Shown in pieces: positions 53,256-63,344 of a stretch of DNA of 64,000 nucleotides (within the stretch, counting starts at the first letter, position 1; the number at the start of each line of letters is the position of its first letter). Made by a program: the position numbers and the translations under genes. The notes beneath the pieces are model-generated. The model saw nothing but the letters and a program-made list of their open reading frames with translations, ran no database searches and was not told the origin of the DNA. The stretch comes from an uncultured Chthonomonadaceae bacterium (GTDB lineage: Bacteria > Armatimonadota > Chthonomonadetes > Chthonomonadales > Chthonomonadaceae), in contig CAWFQB010000002.1 in assembly GCA_963817895.1 (NCBI GenBank), forward strand, positions 256,001-320,000, written 5' to 3'.

Positions 53256-53641
53256 AGTCCTGTCGCAAACGTATCCAGCAGGGCTTGGGCGGAGTGGGAT
53301 TGATTCGCTATCCACCATTGCGCGTCGGTTTGGTGGCGCAGACGGTTGAGGGCGGCTTGCGCTGTCTGCACCTGCGCGTGGGTGACAGAGGGTGGCGGAA
53401 TGGCGGCAAGCGCGTGTTCTTCGGTCAGGGCCTCGTTGCCGCGCATGGTAGAGAGCAGGTCATCGGCGGCAATCAGTTTCGCGACCCGAATGTCCCTTGC
53501 GGTTTCAATATCGGTCAGGCTGCCGGTCAGGGCGGGCAGTCCGGCCTCGGCAATGGCGCGGACGGTGCGCGGCGACCCCGGCTCGTCCGTATCGGATACC
53601 TCGACGCCTCGCGTCTCATCGTAGGGCATAGTTTCCTCCAT
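53252..53641 (-). CDS. Hypothetical protein
   Basis: ORF whose stop overlaps the recQ start by 4 nt. Confidence 0.5.
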   Translation of the reverse strand: MEETMPYDETRGVEVSDTDEPGSPRTVRAIAEAGLPALTGSLTDIETARDIRVAKLIAADDLLSTMRGNEALTEEHALAAIPPPSVTHAQVQTAQAALNRLRHQTDAQWWIANQSHSAQALLDTFATGL

Positions 53642-53965
53642 CAGCGCCGTCCTGCTTGTTGCAAAATACAATTCGAGACAGGGTACAGGGGCGCGTTGCA
53701 TTCACAGGTTTTTCACACTATACGCGCCGGATGCCGCGATTATCAGCGACACAGGGACGGCCACGCGCCCCTATCAGGTAAAGCGCGTTCCTCCCCGCAG
53801 GCCATCCCGGTAAAATTAGTCATGGATGCGCGTTATTCCTGCAATCTAACCGCCTGTTTGCCACGTATATCCTGTGGAAGCGGTTTTCAGCGAAGACCAA
53901 TTTGACGCAAGATCAATTTAAGCAGCAACGTTAAGAACGAGCGTTGTCTGCAAAGGAGAAACAAC

Positions 53966-54441
53966 ATGCCTGCTCTGGATTTACGCGCGCAGTTGCGCGG
54001 GGGAACCGAACGCGCGAAGGGGTTGCTGGTGAAGGATTTGAACGCGATTGCGGAAGACAAACTGGACGAGACTCTCGGGCGGCGTGGCGCGCAATGCCAC
54101 GCATATCGTGGCCGAGTGCGCGGCGGTTAATGGCACAGGTGGCGAAATTTCTGGCGACCGGCGAGTTCGCGTCGCCGTCCGATGAGGAGCGCAAGGCGTA
54201 TTTCGCCGCCCATACCACGAAAGAAAGCGTTCTGAACGCGTTGGAAGAGCACACGCAGGCCCTGCTGTCCGCCATTGACGGTCTGGATGAAAACACGCTC
54301 GGCGACATCATTCCCGAAACTCCGCTCGGCCCGATGTCGCGCTTCGGCGTCGCTCAAATTGCCGCCATGCACATGATGTACCACGACGGCCAACTCAACT
54401 ACATCCAATCCCTGCACGGCGACGACAAAATGCACTGGTGA
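53966..54441 (+). CDS. DinB-family protein (frameshifted)
   Basis: AAGGAG RBS before ATG 53966; C-terminal HMMYHDGQLNYIQ. Confidence 0.75.
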
Positions 54442-54509
54442 TGCCGTGTTGAGAATTGTCGCGGGGTCACTACGCATTAAACCCAATACTGTACAAATAA
54501 TGCTTGCAT

Positions 54510-54640
54510 CCGCGCATTGAAATGCGCGGCTGTGATAACGAAGTCCGCCTGCGCGGACTATACCGGCATCCAAAAGATTATCCCGCCTTCAGTCCGCGCA
54601 GGCGGACTTCGTTATCACAGCCGCGCATTTCAATGCGCGG
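54510..54640. repeat. REPIN-like family B: 50-bp perfect inverted repeat with 31-bp spacer
   Basis: Arms at 54510-54559 and 54591-54640. Confidence 0.92.
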
Positions 54641-54692
54641 CATTCCTGTAGCGTCATTTGTCTTCGCAAAAATCTTGGGAGCGGAAAATTTC

Positions 54693-55679
54693 ATGGAAAC
54701 TATTCGACTTGGCAAGACCGGCTTGAAGGTTTCGCGTATTTGTTTGGGATGCATGAGCTATGGCGTGCCGGAACGCGGCGCGCATCCCTGGTCGTTCAAT
54801 GAGGAGCAGAGCCGCCCCTTCCTTTCCCGCGCACTGGAATTGGGCATCAACTTCTTCGATACCGCCAATGTCTACTCGGATGGCACGAGCGAAGAGATCC
54901 TGGGACGGGCGATTCGAGATTTTGCCCGGCGGGAAGAAGTGGTCATTGCCACCAAAGCGCATGGCCGCATGCGCCCGGACGCGAACGGCGCGGGGCTGTC
55001 GCGCAAAGCGATCTTCAGCGAGATAGACGCCAGTTTGAAGCGGCTCGGCATGGACTATGTAGACCTGTACCAGACGCACCGCTGGGACAATGAGACGCCC
55101 ATCGAGGAGACTCTGGAAGCCCTGCACGATGTGGTGAAGGCGGGCAAAGCGCGTTACATCGGCGCGTCGTCCATGTATGCCTGGCAATTCTGCAAGGCGC
55201 TGTATATCGCCGATCTGCATGGCTGGACGCGCTTTGTGTCTATGCAAAACCACTACAACCTGCTGTACCGCGAAGAGGAGCGCGAAATGATGGGACTGTG
55301 CGCTTCAGAGGGCATCGGCGTGATTCCGTGGAGTCCCCTTGCGCGAGGCCGGGTGGCGCGTCCGTGGGAAGAGCGCGCGAGTACCGAACGGGCGGCAACA
55401 GACGCTTTCGGCAAAACGCTTTATGTTAGAACCGAAGAGTCGGATCGCTTTATCGTGGCGCGTATACAGGAGATCGCTGAAGCGCGGGGCGTTCCGATGG
55501 CGCAAATCGCGCTGGCGTGGATGCTTTCCAAACCGGTTATCACGGCCCCGATAGTGGGGGCAACCAAACCGCATCATCTTGAAGACGCCGCGAACGCGCT
55601 GAACATTGCGCTGACTCAGGAGGAGATTACCTCCCTGGAAGAACCCTACGTGCCGCATCCGGTAGGCGGCTTTTCCTAA
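54693..55679 (+). CDS. Aldo/keto reductase (YajO-like)
   Basis: Motifs LGCMSYG, FFDTANVYS, DLYQTHR and PWSPLARG. Confidence 0.92.
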   Translation: METIRLGKTGLKVSRICLGCMSYGVPERGAHPWSFNEEQSRPFLSRALELGINFFDTANVYSDGTSEEILGRAIRDFARREEVVIATKAHGRMRPDANGAGLSRKAIFSEIDASLKRLGMDYVDLYQTHRWDNETPIEETLEALHDVVKAGKARYIGASSMYAWQFCKALYIADLHGWTRFVSMQNHYNLLYREEEREMMGLCASEGIGVIPWSPLARGRVARPWEERASTERAATDAFGKTLYVRTEESDRFIVARIQEIAEARGVPMAQIALAWMLSKPVITAPIVGATKPHHLEDAANALNIALTQEEITSLEEPYVPHPVGGFS

Positions 55680-55701
55680 ACTTATATTTTCACTGCTAAG
55701 T

Positions 55702-56673
55702 TTGAAGTCAATCTTGATGAAACACATTCTCAGCAAGCATGATGCGTCCGGCTGTGCGCAAACAACAACCTGTAACCGTACCATCGGATACCCACATTAT
55801 GCCTGTCGAACGCGCCTGATAAGCGGAATCCTGCTTGCGGCCATGGCGCTTATGCTGCCGGGGTGTCGCCGGAATACCGCGCGTGTCGCCCCGGTTAAAC
55901 CGATTGCGCCGCCGGTTGTGGCGGTTGCTATCCGCCCGCTTGCCGCGTTCAAGCCGTCCGCCCGAATTTTCGAGTACGGACGCTACGCGCCCAACCAGGT
56001 CGCCCTGACGTTCGATGCCGGCGCGGACGACTCCGCAGTGCAGGCGATCCTGGCCGAATTGAAGCAGCGGCATACGCGCTCCACGTTCTTTCTGACCGGC
56101 AAGTTTTGCGAACAGTATCCCGACTCGTGCCGCGCCATTGCCGATGCGGGCATGGAAATCGGCAACCACTCCTATTCGCATCCCCGGTTTACCAAACGCA
56201 GGGCCGCGCAAATTCAAACGCAGTTGGAACGCGGGGAACAGGCGATTACAAAAGCCTGCGGACAGAGCGCGAAGCCCCTGTTCCGCTTCCCCTACGGCGA
56301 TGAGAACAGGCGAACGCGCCAGACAGTGGCGCAGAACGGGTATCAGGCTATTGGCTGGTCGCTGGACTCGTGGGACAGCGTGGGCAAGCGCAAGTCCGCC
56401 GATTTCGTCGCCAAACGCATTGTCGCTAAAATCAAGCCGGGGAACATTGTCCTGATGCACGTCAGCTATCCCGAATCGGCAAGAGCCTTGCCGCGTATCT
56501 TCGCGTATCTGGATAAGCAGGGCCTCCAAAACGTTCCGGTCAGCGAATTGCTCCTTGCTCCGCAACAAGATATGAGATACGAGATACGAGATACGAGATA
56601 CAAGGTACAAGATACAAGCCGAACACCAACTACCGAATACCGAATACCTGAACACCGAACACCAAAACTATGA
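55702..56673 (+). CDS. Polysaccharide deacetylase (NodB domain); start uncertain
   Basis: Motifs ALTFD, GNHSYSH, FRFPYG and IVLMH. Confidence 0.85.
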   Translation: MKSILMKHILSKHDASGCAQTTTCNRTIGYPHYACRTRLISGILLAAMALMLPGCRRNTARVAPVKPIAPPVVAVAIRPLAAFKPSARIFEYGRYAPNQVALTFDAGADDSAVQAILAELKQRHTRSTFFLTGKFCEQYPDSCRAIADAGMEIGNHSYSHPRFTKRRAAQIQTQLERGEQAITKACGQSAKPLFRFPYGDENRRTRQTVAQNGYQAIGWSLDSWDSVGKRKSADFVAKRIVAKIKPGNIVLMHVSYPESARALPRIFAYLDKQGLQNVPVSELLLAPQQDMRYEIRDTRYKVQDTSRTPTTEYRIPEHRTPKL

Positions 56674-57375
56674 CCGAACTCCAGCAACCCTCCCTGTCAC
56701 AGCCGCCCCTGCTGCACACGTCTGCGGGCGAATCGTTTCCCCTGCACGAGTACCATTTGCGCCTTGCCGGGCGCGAATGGACGATTTTGCATACGGGCGT
56801 GATTCTGACCTATACGGATGAACTGCAATTCTTCAAGGAACTGCTCGACCACATTCCTTACGGTGTCGCGCTGTGGCCTGCCGCGATTGCGCTGGCCTAC
56901 GAACTCGCCTCGCGGGGGGAGGAACTAAAGGGTAAAACCGTGCTGGAACTGGGCGCGGGAACCGGACTGCCGGGGATTGTGGCCGCGTCCCTGGGCGCTA
57001 CAGTGCGTACAAACGGATCGGCAGGAACTGGCAATGACTGTGTGCAAGCGCAACGCCCAACAGAACAACATCCGGGGATTGGAACATCGGTTGGTGGATT
57101 GGGAGAACTGGCAGGACGAAGCGCGTTACGACTGGATACTCGGCTCCGACATTCTGTACGGCGAACCGATGCACCCGCATTTAAAGCGCATTTTCGAGAC
57201 GAACCTCGCGCCCGGTGGCCGTATTTTGGTTGCCGATCCGTTCAGGGGAACCAGTCTAAAGTTGATGGAAACGCTTCAAGAACAGAACTGGAAAATAGAA
57301 ATCTCTAAATGGAGTTTGGGCGACGAAGCCAACCCGCGTCCCATCGGCATTTTTGAACTATTAAAACCGTCGTAA
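56670..57375 (+). CDS. Class I SAM methyltransferase (family 16-like; frameshifted)
   Basis: Motifs YGVALWPAA, VLELGAGTGL and ILGSDILY. Confidence 0.82.
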
Positions 57376-57514
57376 TCCGTTGATTCATTTCGCGCTACGC
57401 GCAGACATACAGGAAACAAGAACAATTTTGAATTAGAACCCCTTCCCCCAAGTTCCGTATTTCTAATTCTGTATTCTCCTGCGTGTTTAGCATGGTTGTT
57501 AATATCGACAGAGT

Positions 57515-57826
57515 TCAGGGGCGCAGGCCGCGTTCGCGCAGGAGGGCATCTGCCCAAAGCGCATCGTCACCCGTCAGCGGCGGGTCTGCTTCCTCTGTGT
57601 AGAGAATCTGACGGTCATACGCGCCTGCGTCATAAGACAGGTTCAGTACGGCTTGCAGGTCCAAAATAACAGAGGGGTCGCCTTCGGCAAGCGGAACTTC
57701 CACGCGGGGGAGGCGATTGCGCAGGGCATTGAGCCAGACAGCGTACTCGAAAGGCCGCGCCCCGCGATGCAGGCAGACAATGTAATTCCAGACACTATCT
57801 GCGGGCAGAATCGCTCTGGGGCACAA
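57515..57826 (-). pseudogene. C-terminal fragment of a DUF4058-like protein
   Basis: LRNRLPRVEVPLAEGD...LDLQAVLN..YDAGAY...PPL...WADALL, with no N-terminus. Confidence 0.6.
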
Positions 57827-57989
57827 TCAATATATTATGAATTCCCCGCCAATCGTAGCATTCTTCCAGATAGGGGTTCATGCCGGGAAATGGATTAGGC
57901 ATTATGTGGTTCTCCTTTTCCAAACCCGCTTTGCCGCCGCGCCATAAATTGTTTGTTAAACCTACAGGGCTACCGAAATACCAGAATGC

Positions 57990-58046
57990 TCAGGCTAATT
58001 GTGTTACCAGACGTGGAGAAAGGTTGTGGTCGAAGAGCAGTTTCAT
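57990..58046 (-). pseudogene. N-terminal fragment of a DUF5615 PIN-like protein
   Basis: MKLLFDHNLSPRLVTQLA followed by a stop. Confidence 0.55.
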
Positions 58047-58110
58047 GAGTTCCATACTTTTTCTGCTGTTACTTTATGGAAAGAAAAAGGCAGCAACAAA
58101 ATTCCAACTT

Positions 58111-58599
58111 CTACAACAGCCATAGATGCGGCAATTCTTTAGAATTATCAAGATAATAGTTCAAAGGACTGTTGACAAGGCTACTGTCAAAGTTGCCGGG
58201 GGCTTGCAAGCCGGCAATATCCGGTAGCCATGTTGCTACTGCGACCTCCACGTCTTCTTCACGTTCCACAAACATGCGCTGAACGCGCGTTGTTTCGTCC
58301 GCCAGAACGTAGTCGTAGTCCCAACCCCAATCGCTGTTGGTATATTTGGCATGATGCCGTAGATAACGCGCTTCATAGCCGCTGATGAACGATGGCGAAC
58401 GCAGTGTCGGCTGGCGGTGAAAGCGGTTATCCCAATCGCCTTCCGTCCACGCTTCGGGATGTGCGCGGAGGTCAGGAACTTGCGGCAGCACGACAACAAA
58501 AGCGCGGAAATCTGCCTGTGGCGCAGGTAACTCGGCGGCAATATTGCGCCCCATGCGTAGCCTGTCAAGCATTTCAGCAGAAATCGGCATTTTCTTCAA
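58111..58599 (-). CDS. Hypothetical protein
   Basis: 162 aa ORF. Confidence 0.5.
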   Translation of the reverse strand: MKKMPISAEMLDRLRMGRNIAAELPAPQADFRAFVVVLPQVPDLRAHPEAWTEGDWDNRFHRQPTLRSPSFISGYEARYLRHHAKYTNSDWGWDYDYVLADETTRVQRMFVEREEDVEVAVATWLPDIAGLQAPGNFDSSLVNSPLNYYLDNSKELPHLWLL

Positions 58600-58679
58600 A
58601 TTCTCACAAGTAATTCATGTGAGTAGTAGAACTACTTTTTCGTAGTTTCGCCATCAGGCAAAAGTTATTAAAGCTGGTA

Positions 58680-59034
58680 TCAGTCCCACCAGAGTACGAG
58701 AACACGCCCTTCCCGGCCCCCACCCATGCGCCGGTTTACTTCTTGTTCTGACAGCCAACATGTCGTATCGGCATGCCAACTGTTCGCCACTTCTTCTAAC
58801 GCGGAGTCGTTCGCGCCGGAAGCAAGAATGTAAAGGGTATCGGCGTTCCAACGATCCTCTTCCAGATCGCGCAGGCAAATCAATTCGGAAGGATAATCGC
58901 GAGTCAGCAGGCAGGCTCGCCACCAATCTTGATGCGCGCAAATCCGCAGCGACTCGTTCTCCCTCCATCGCGTTGTAGTTCGTACTTTCAATAAGCCGCA
59001 GTTGCAGTTCCTGAATTCTGCTGATAGCCACCAA
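58680..59034 (-). CDS. Hypothetical protein ending WWD (frameshifted)
   Basis: Two overlapping frames join into one coherent ~118 aa protein. GAGGAGG precedes the start. Confidence 0.5.
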
Positions 59035-59410
59035 TTACGCCTCCTCGTTTGCTCGTATCTGCTGTTCAATTTCCGCGTGATGCGCGCGTACATACGCCCA
59101 AGCATGAGTCAGATCACTGGCATGAAGCGTGGGGTATGCGCAGAGCAGATCGGCTTCACTAATGCCGAGCCGCCACGCCTGCTCCAATGTCCAAACCGGA
59201 ATGCGCGTACCAGCAATGCAGGGTTCTCCCCCGCATACTCCGACTGTACTTTCAATACCGGGAAAGGTTTCGCCCAAATCATTGGCGACCCATTGCAGCA
59301 ACTGTGTGACCTCCGCGTTGCGAATCGCAATCTTGCCGGACGAGAAAACTTGAAGTATACTAACATCAAGAGGCGGCGTAACCGGAAGCGTTTCAGCCGT
59401 CGAGAGTGGG
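59035..59410 (-). pseudogene. DUF433-family protein, N-terminus apparently lost
   Basis: GVCGGEPCIAGTRIPVW...AYPTL...AWAY. The upstream sequence is an hpnJ fragment. Confidence 0.7.
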
Positions 59411-59411
59411 G

Positions 59412-59502
59412 GAACATCTGCCGTTCGGTCAGCATCTCGGCGATCATGCGGGCGTATACTTTCGGACGGAAGTAGAACCGCCTGTACATGCGCTCTACCG
59501 CG
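59412..59502 (-). repeat. 91-bp diverged copy of hpnJ 60907-60997
   Basis: Manual alignment gives 7 mismatches in 91 bp. Confidence 0.92.
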
Positions 59503-59846
59503 CCTATTCAGGTCGTCCGAAATACAAAGCATGTTCGTATGTTGTCGTTTCTGCTCCAACCATCTCCCAACCCTCTTCACCGAGTTGTGCAATCAAGCAT
59601 GCAACATTATCGTCGAAGTTGCTTCTGTACATATGAGTGATTTTTATTCAAATGGAAGTCTGGTTGGAAAAGCAGGCGCTAGTTTGATGTTTCATGTCAT
59701 CATACATATTAGTAATTACACAATACTTCCACTTCTGCATGTTTTCTCCCTCCCGCTCTTCTCGTTGTACTTTGCTGTCGAATTGGAACCGAGGTATGCT
59801 CAAAAGAGCGGTTCTATGGAACAATCACAGTTGCAGCGAAACCGGA

Positions 59847-60311
59847 TCAATCGGCGTACCAGCAGTTCACAGCATCAACAATCGCCTCTACGGTCTGACT
59901 GGTCAAAAGAGTCAACGTCGTGTTGGGGTTTGTACGCAAGCGCTTACCCGCTTTTTCACAAACGGGTTCCAGCAGCCAGCGCCAGGTGATTTCGTTGCTG
60001 ACGACGTTCACAACCATTTCACATACAGGGAATTCCGCTTCAGACAGTAACTGCTGGCGCGTGGGCTTGCTGCGTCCGTTTCTGGCTTGACGAGCAAATT
60101 CAGGGTCTACAGACGCAGGAAGTATCCCCTTCACTCGAATTCCGAACGGTCTTTTGCGACCTGCGCCGACCATCGCTCGTAGATCGTAGGCGTCGTCATT
60201 CGAGGGTACGAGATTTATATCTGAACGGCGGGTTAGATGCACGATGACTAGCGCCTCGGCACGCCCCGCAACCAGATTCGCTTCCATTGTGGGCATGACT
60301 ATTACCTCCAT
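59847..60311 (-). CDS. DUF4365-like restriction-endonuclease-fold protein (degenerate)
   Basis: RAEALVIVHLTRR...YDL...FGIRVKG parallels the upstream gene. Confidence 0.5.
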   Translation of the reverse strand: MEVIVMPTMEANLVAGRAEALVIVHLTRRSDINLVPSNDDAYDLRAMVGAGRKRPFGIRVKGILPASVDPEFARQARNGRSKPTRQQLLSEAEFPVCEMVVNVVSNEITWRWLLEPVCEKAGKRLRTNPNTTLTLLTSQTVEAIVDAVNCWYAD

Positions 60312-60802
60312 TCCGCATCGACAAACGATGATGTAAGTTTTGGCAGCGCAGACGCTGTCCAGAAGGCGAAGACTTCATTCCATAACGCCTGTCGGTTTAC
60401 AGCATTGATGGGACAATCTACGCTCATGCTTGACAGAGGGTTCAGCGTTTCTCCATTGGCGGATACAATGTATGCTGCCTTGTCGAAATCATTGACGCCG
60501 ACAATGTAAGTCGGTATGGAATACAGATTTAAACGGCGCACATCCTCGCGCTTTACCTTGACGTTCAGCCGCGTATTATCAGCAGAGTAGCCGCGGCGCG
60601 TGGTTTTTACCTGAACGAAGAAAAAAGGCCGAACGCCAGATGTGCCCACCAGTTCCACAATGAAATCAACAGTCTCCCACTTCTCTCCCAGATAAGCCGC
60701 AGCAAAGAGCGGACGTTCTCCCCTGCCGAAAGTATGGAACTCCGTAATGAGCGCATAAAAGAGAGCTTCGCCTCTCGCGCCAATCGCGTCATTTACGTTC
60801 AT
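60302..60802 (-). CDS. DUF4365-like PD-(D/E)xK nuclease-fold protein
   Basis: GARGEALF...VDFIVE...FFVQVKTT. Confidence 0.7.
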   Translation of the reverse strand: MNVNDAIGARGEALFYALITEFHTFGRGERPLFAAAYLGEKWETVDFIVELVGTSGVRPFFFVQVKTTRRGYSADNTRLNVKVKREDVRRLNLYSIPTYIVGVNDFDKAAYIVSANGETLNPLSSMSVDCPINAVNRQALWNEVFAFWTASALPKLTSSFVDAEWR

Positions 60803-60810
60803 GGTTTAGT

Positions 60811-62265
60811 TCAGGCGGTGACGGCTTCGCTGTTGCGCTTGCGGACTTCGGCTTTGCGATCCTTGACGTAGCCTGCGAACTCCATACCTTCGCGGATGCG
60901 GCGCTTGAACATCTGCCGCTCGGTCAGCATTTCGGCAATCATGCGGGCGTACACTTTTGGACGGAAGTAGAACCGCTTGTACATGCGTTCTACCGCGTCC
61001 TCGATCTCCGCCGTTGACATATCCGGGTATTGCAGCGTACTCGTCTGGATGCCCGAACCCGAAATCAGGCCGTCGCGGGCGAACCAGTTGTTCGCCAGCG
61101 CCTGATCGTACAGTTCCGTGCCGGGATAGGGCGCGGCAATGGACACCTGAATCGTGTGCGGGTCCAGTTCCTGCGCGAAGCGAATGGTCTCCTCGACCGT
61201 TTCTTTGGTTTCCACGGGCAGGCCGATGATGAACGTGCCATGCACCTTGATGCCCAGTTTCTTGCAGTTCGCCATGAACTCGCGCGCCATGTCCAGCTTG
61301 ATGCCCTTTTTAATCCGGTTCAGAATCTCCTGATTGCCCAACTCGAAGCCGACAAGGAGCAGGCGCAGGCCATTGTCGCGCAGTTCCTTGAGCGTGTCGT
61401 AATCTACATGGGCGCGGGCGTTGCACGACCACGTAAAGTTGTTGCGCTTCATGTGCTTGCTGATTTCGATGGCGCGGGCCTTGTTAATGGTGAACGTGTC
61501 GTCGTCGAACATGTACTCGCGCACTTTGTCGCCCCAGATAGCTTTGGCCTCGTCCAGTTCGCGCCCCACGCACTCCGGGCTTTTGGTGCGGTACTGATGC
61601 CCGCCGATGGTTTGCGGCCACAGACAGAAGGTGCATTTGGCGGGACAGCCGCGCCCCGTGTACCACGACACATACGGGTGCAGCAGATAGCCGATAAAGT
61701 ATTTGGTGATGTCCAGATTGGCGGCATACGTGGGCAGCACGGACGGCATCAAATCCCAATCGGGAACCAGTTCGCGGTCTTCGTTGCGCTGTATAATGCC
61801 GTTCTTGTCGCGGTAGGAAAGCCCGGTGATGGCGCTCCAATCGCGGTCTTCCGCCAGTTCCTTGCAGGTATAGTCGAATTCGTGGCGGCACACGAAGTCC
61901 ATGATCTTATTTTCGCGCAGGGTTTGTTCGGGCAAAACGGCGACATGCGCCCCGATGAAGCCCACTTTCACGTTCGGGTTCTGCGCTTTCAGCTGGCGGG
62001 CGCACTCGACATCGTTGGCAAGAGACGGCGTACTCGTGTGCATGACAACCAGTTCGTAATCTTTGGCGATTTTGAGAATCTCGTCCTGCGTCTGGTGATG
62101 GGGCGGCGCGTCAATGAGTTTGCTGCCGGGTACGAGCGCGGCGGGTTGCGCCAGCCACGTCGGATACCAGTAGGAGGTAATTTCGCGTTTGGCCTGATAG
62201 CGCGAACCGGCGCCGCCGTCGAAGCCGTCAAATGAGGGTGGGCTGAGAAAAAGCGTTTTTAACAC
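60811..62265 (-). CDS. hpnJ: Hopanoid biosynthesis-associated radical SAM protein HpnJ
   Basis: KTLFLSPPSFDGFDGGAGSRYQA and the CxxxCxxC motif GRGCPAKCTFCLWPQT. GTG start after AGGAG. Confidence 0.92.
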   Translation of the reverse strand: MLKTLFLSPPSFDGFDGGAGSRYQAKREITSYWYPTWLAQPAALVPGSKLIDAPPHHQTQDEILKIAKDYELVVMHTSTPSLANDVECARQLKAQNPNVKVGFIGAHVAVLPEQTLRENKIMDFVCRHEFDYTCKELAEDRDWSAITGLSYRDKNGIIQRNEDRELVPDWDLMPSVLPTYAANLDITKYFIGYLLHPYVSWYTGRGCPAKCTFCLWPQTIGGHQYRTKSPECVGRELDEAKAIWGDKVREYMFDDDTFTINKARAIEISKHMKRNNFTWSCNARAHVDYDTLKELRDNGLRLLLVGFELGNQEILNRIKKGIKLDMAREFMANCKKLGIKVHGTFIIGLPVETKETVEETIRFAQELDPHTIQVSIAAPYPGTELYDQALANNWFARDGLISGSGIQTSTLQYPDMSTAEIEDAVERMYKRFYFRPKVYARMIAEMLTERQMFKRRIREGMEFAGYVKDRKAEVRKRNSEAVTA

Positions 62266-62494
62266 TGCGGGGAGTCTCCTTAAAAAACCGCGCGCCTGCC
62301 GCAAACGAGCAGGTTTGGCGGTGGGAAATGGGCGAATTCTGTGCTGATAGTATACCAACAAACCTCTGTTTCTGCCTACATTTGCCGCCCCTGCGCTTCG
62401 AATCATGCGGTATCGCGCCCTGCAAACGCCAAAAACCGCTTTGCAAGCCAATTCTACTCGCAAAGCGGTGTGAAACTACGTTTGAGAACATTCG

Positions 62495-63274
62495 TTACAG
62501 GGAGGAGGTATCGCTGCGCTTGTCCGCTATTTCCGCCCCTCCCGCATACACATGTCCCATACCCCCGGACGGCAGAGGTTCTTCCACAATCAGGGGCGTT
62601 TCCGTATGTTCCACCCCGACAGCAGATACATGTTCCACGCCGGAAGCGGGTACAGGTTGGGACGTATGAGAAGCGGACAGGGGTTCTGGCGCGTTGGACG
62701 CCGGTACGGGCCGCATTAGAACGCTGCTGTCTGTCGGCGAAACAAGTCCCTGCTGCATGTACTGCGCCCCGCGCTCATCAATGTTGACCGCGCCCCGTTT
62801 CTCCATGATATGCGCGATTTCCACCGCCTGCGCGTCCTCGGTACGGACGGCAACCAGCGTCGCGCCCTGCCGTATGCCTTCCCGGTAATACATGGCGTCT
62901 TCAAGGGGAATGCCCGCGCCCGTCAAGCCGCCGACTAATCCGCCTGCCGCCGCGCCAACTGCCGCGCCCGCCAGAACCGAAACCAGCCATCCCGCCGCTA
63001 CAATGGTTCCAAAACCGGGAATCACCAGTCCTGTCAGCGCCATGAACAGGCCGGTCGCGCCGCCAATCGCCGCGCCCGCTGTGGCGTCCGTCGCGATTAC
63101 TTCGGTCATGCTCTCCGCCGCGCTTGCCGAACCGGTCGAATACTGGTCGGCGTGCTTGCTTTCCGGGTCCACCGCGACGCTGATCGCCGCCCGCGAGATG
63201 CCCGCCGCTTCTAATCCGCGCACCGCGCTTTGCGCATCCTCCGCATGGTCAAACATGCCCACAATGGTTTTCAT
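62495..63274 (-). CDS. General stress protein-like membrane protein (glycine-zipper type)
   Basis: MKTIVGMFD..., GAAIGG..LVIPGFG..AAG and GATLVAV. AAGGAG RBS. Confidence 0.75.
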   Translation of the reverse strand: MKTIVGMFDHAEDAQSAVRGLEAAGISRAAISVAVDPESKHADQYSTGSASAAESMTEVIATDATAGAAIGGATGLFMALTGLVIPGFGTIVAAGWLVSVLAGAAVGAAAGGLVGGLTGAGIPLEDAMYYREGIRQGATLVAVRTEDAQAVEIAHIMEKRGAVNIDERGAQYMQQGLVSPTDSSVLMRPVPASNAPEPLSASHTSQPVPASGVEHVSAVGVEHTETPLIVEEPLPSGGMGHVYAGGAEIADKRSDTSSL

Positions 63275-63344
63275 ACGACGCTCCTTCAATGAACCGCGAA
63301 ACACGCGAAATAAACGAAAAAAGACAAAAAGAGAATAGACAGGA

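Noticed and set aside
6712..57375. Frameshifts in recJ, topA, recQ, Pnkp, LLM, ATP-grasp, DinB, methyltransferase and others, read as pseudogenisation or programmed frameshifting
   Set aside because: They are numerous single-base indels that also hit normally essential topA, and I noticed no accompanying nonsense decay. Uncorrected long-read error is the simplest explanation.
59412..60997. DGR template/variable repeat pair
   Set aside because: The mismatches are mostly synonymous and not adenine-specific, and there is no reverse transcriptase in the window.
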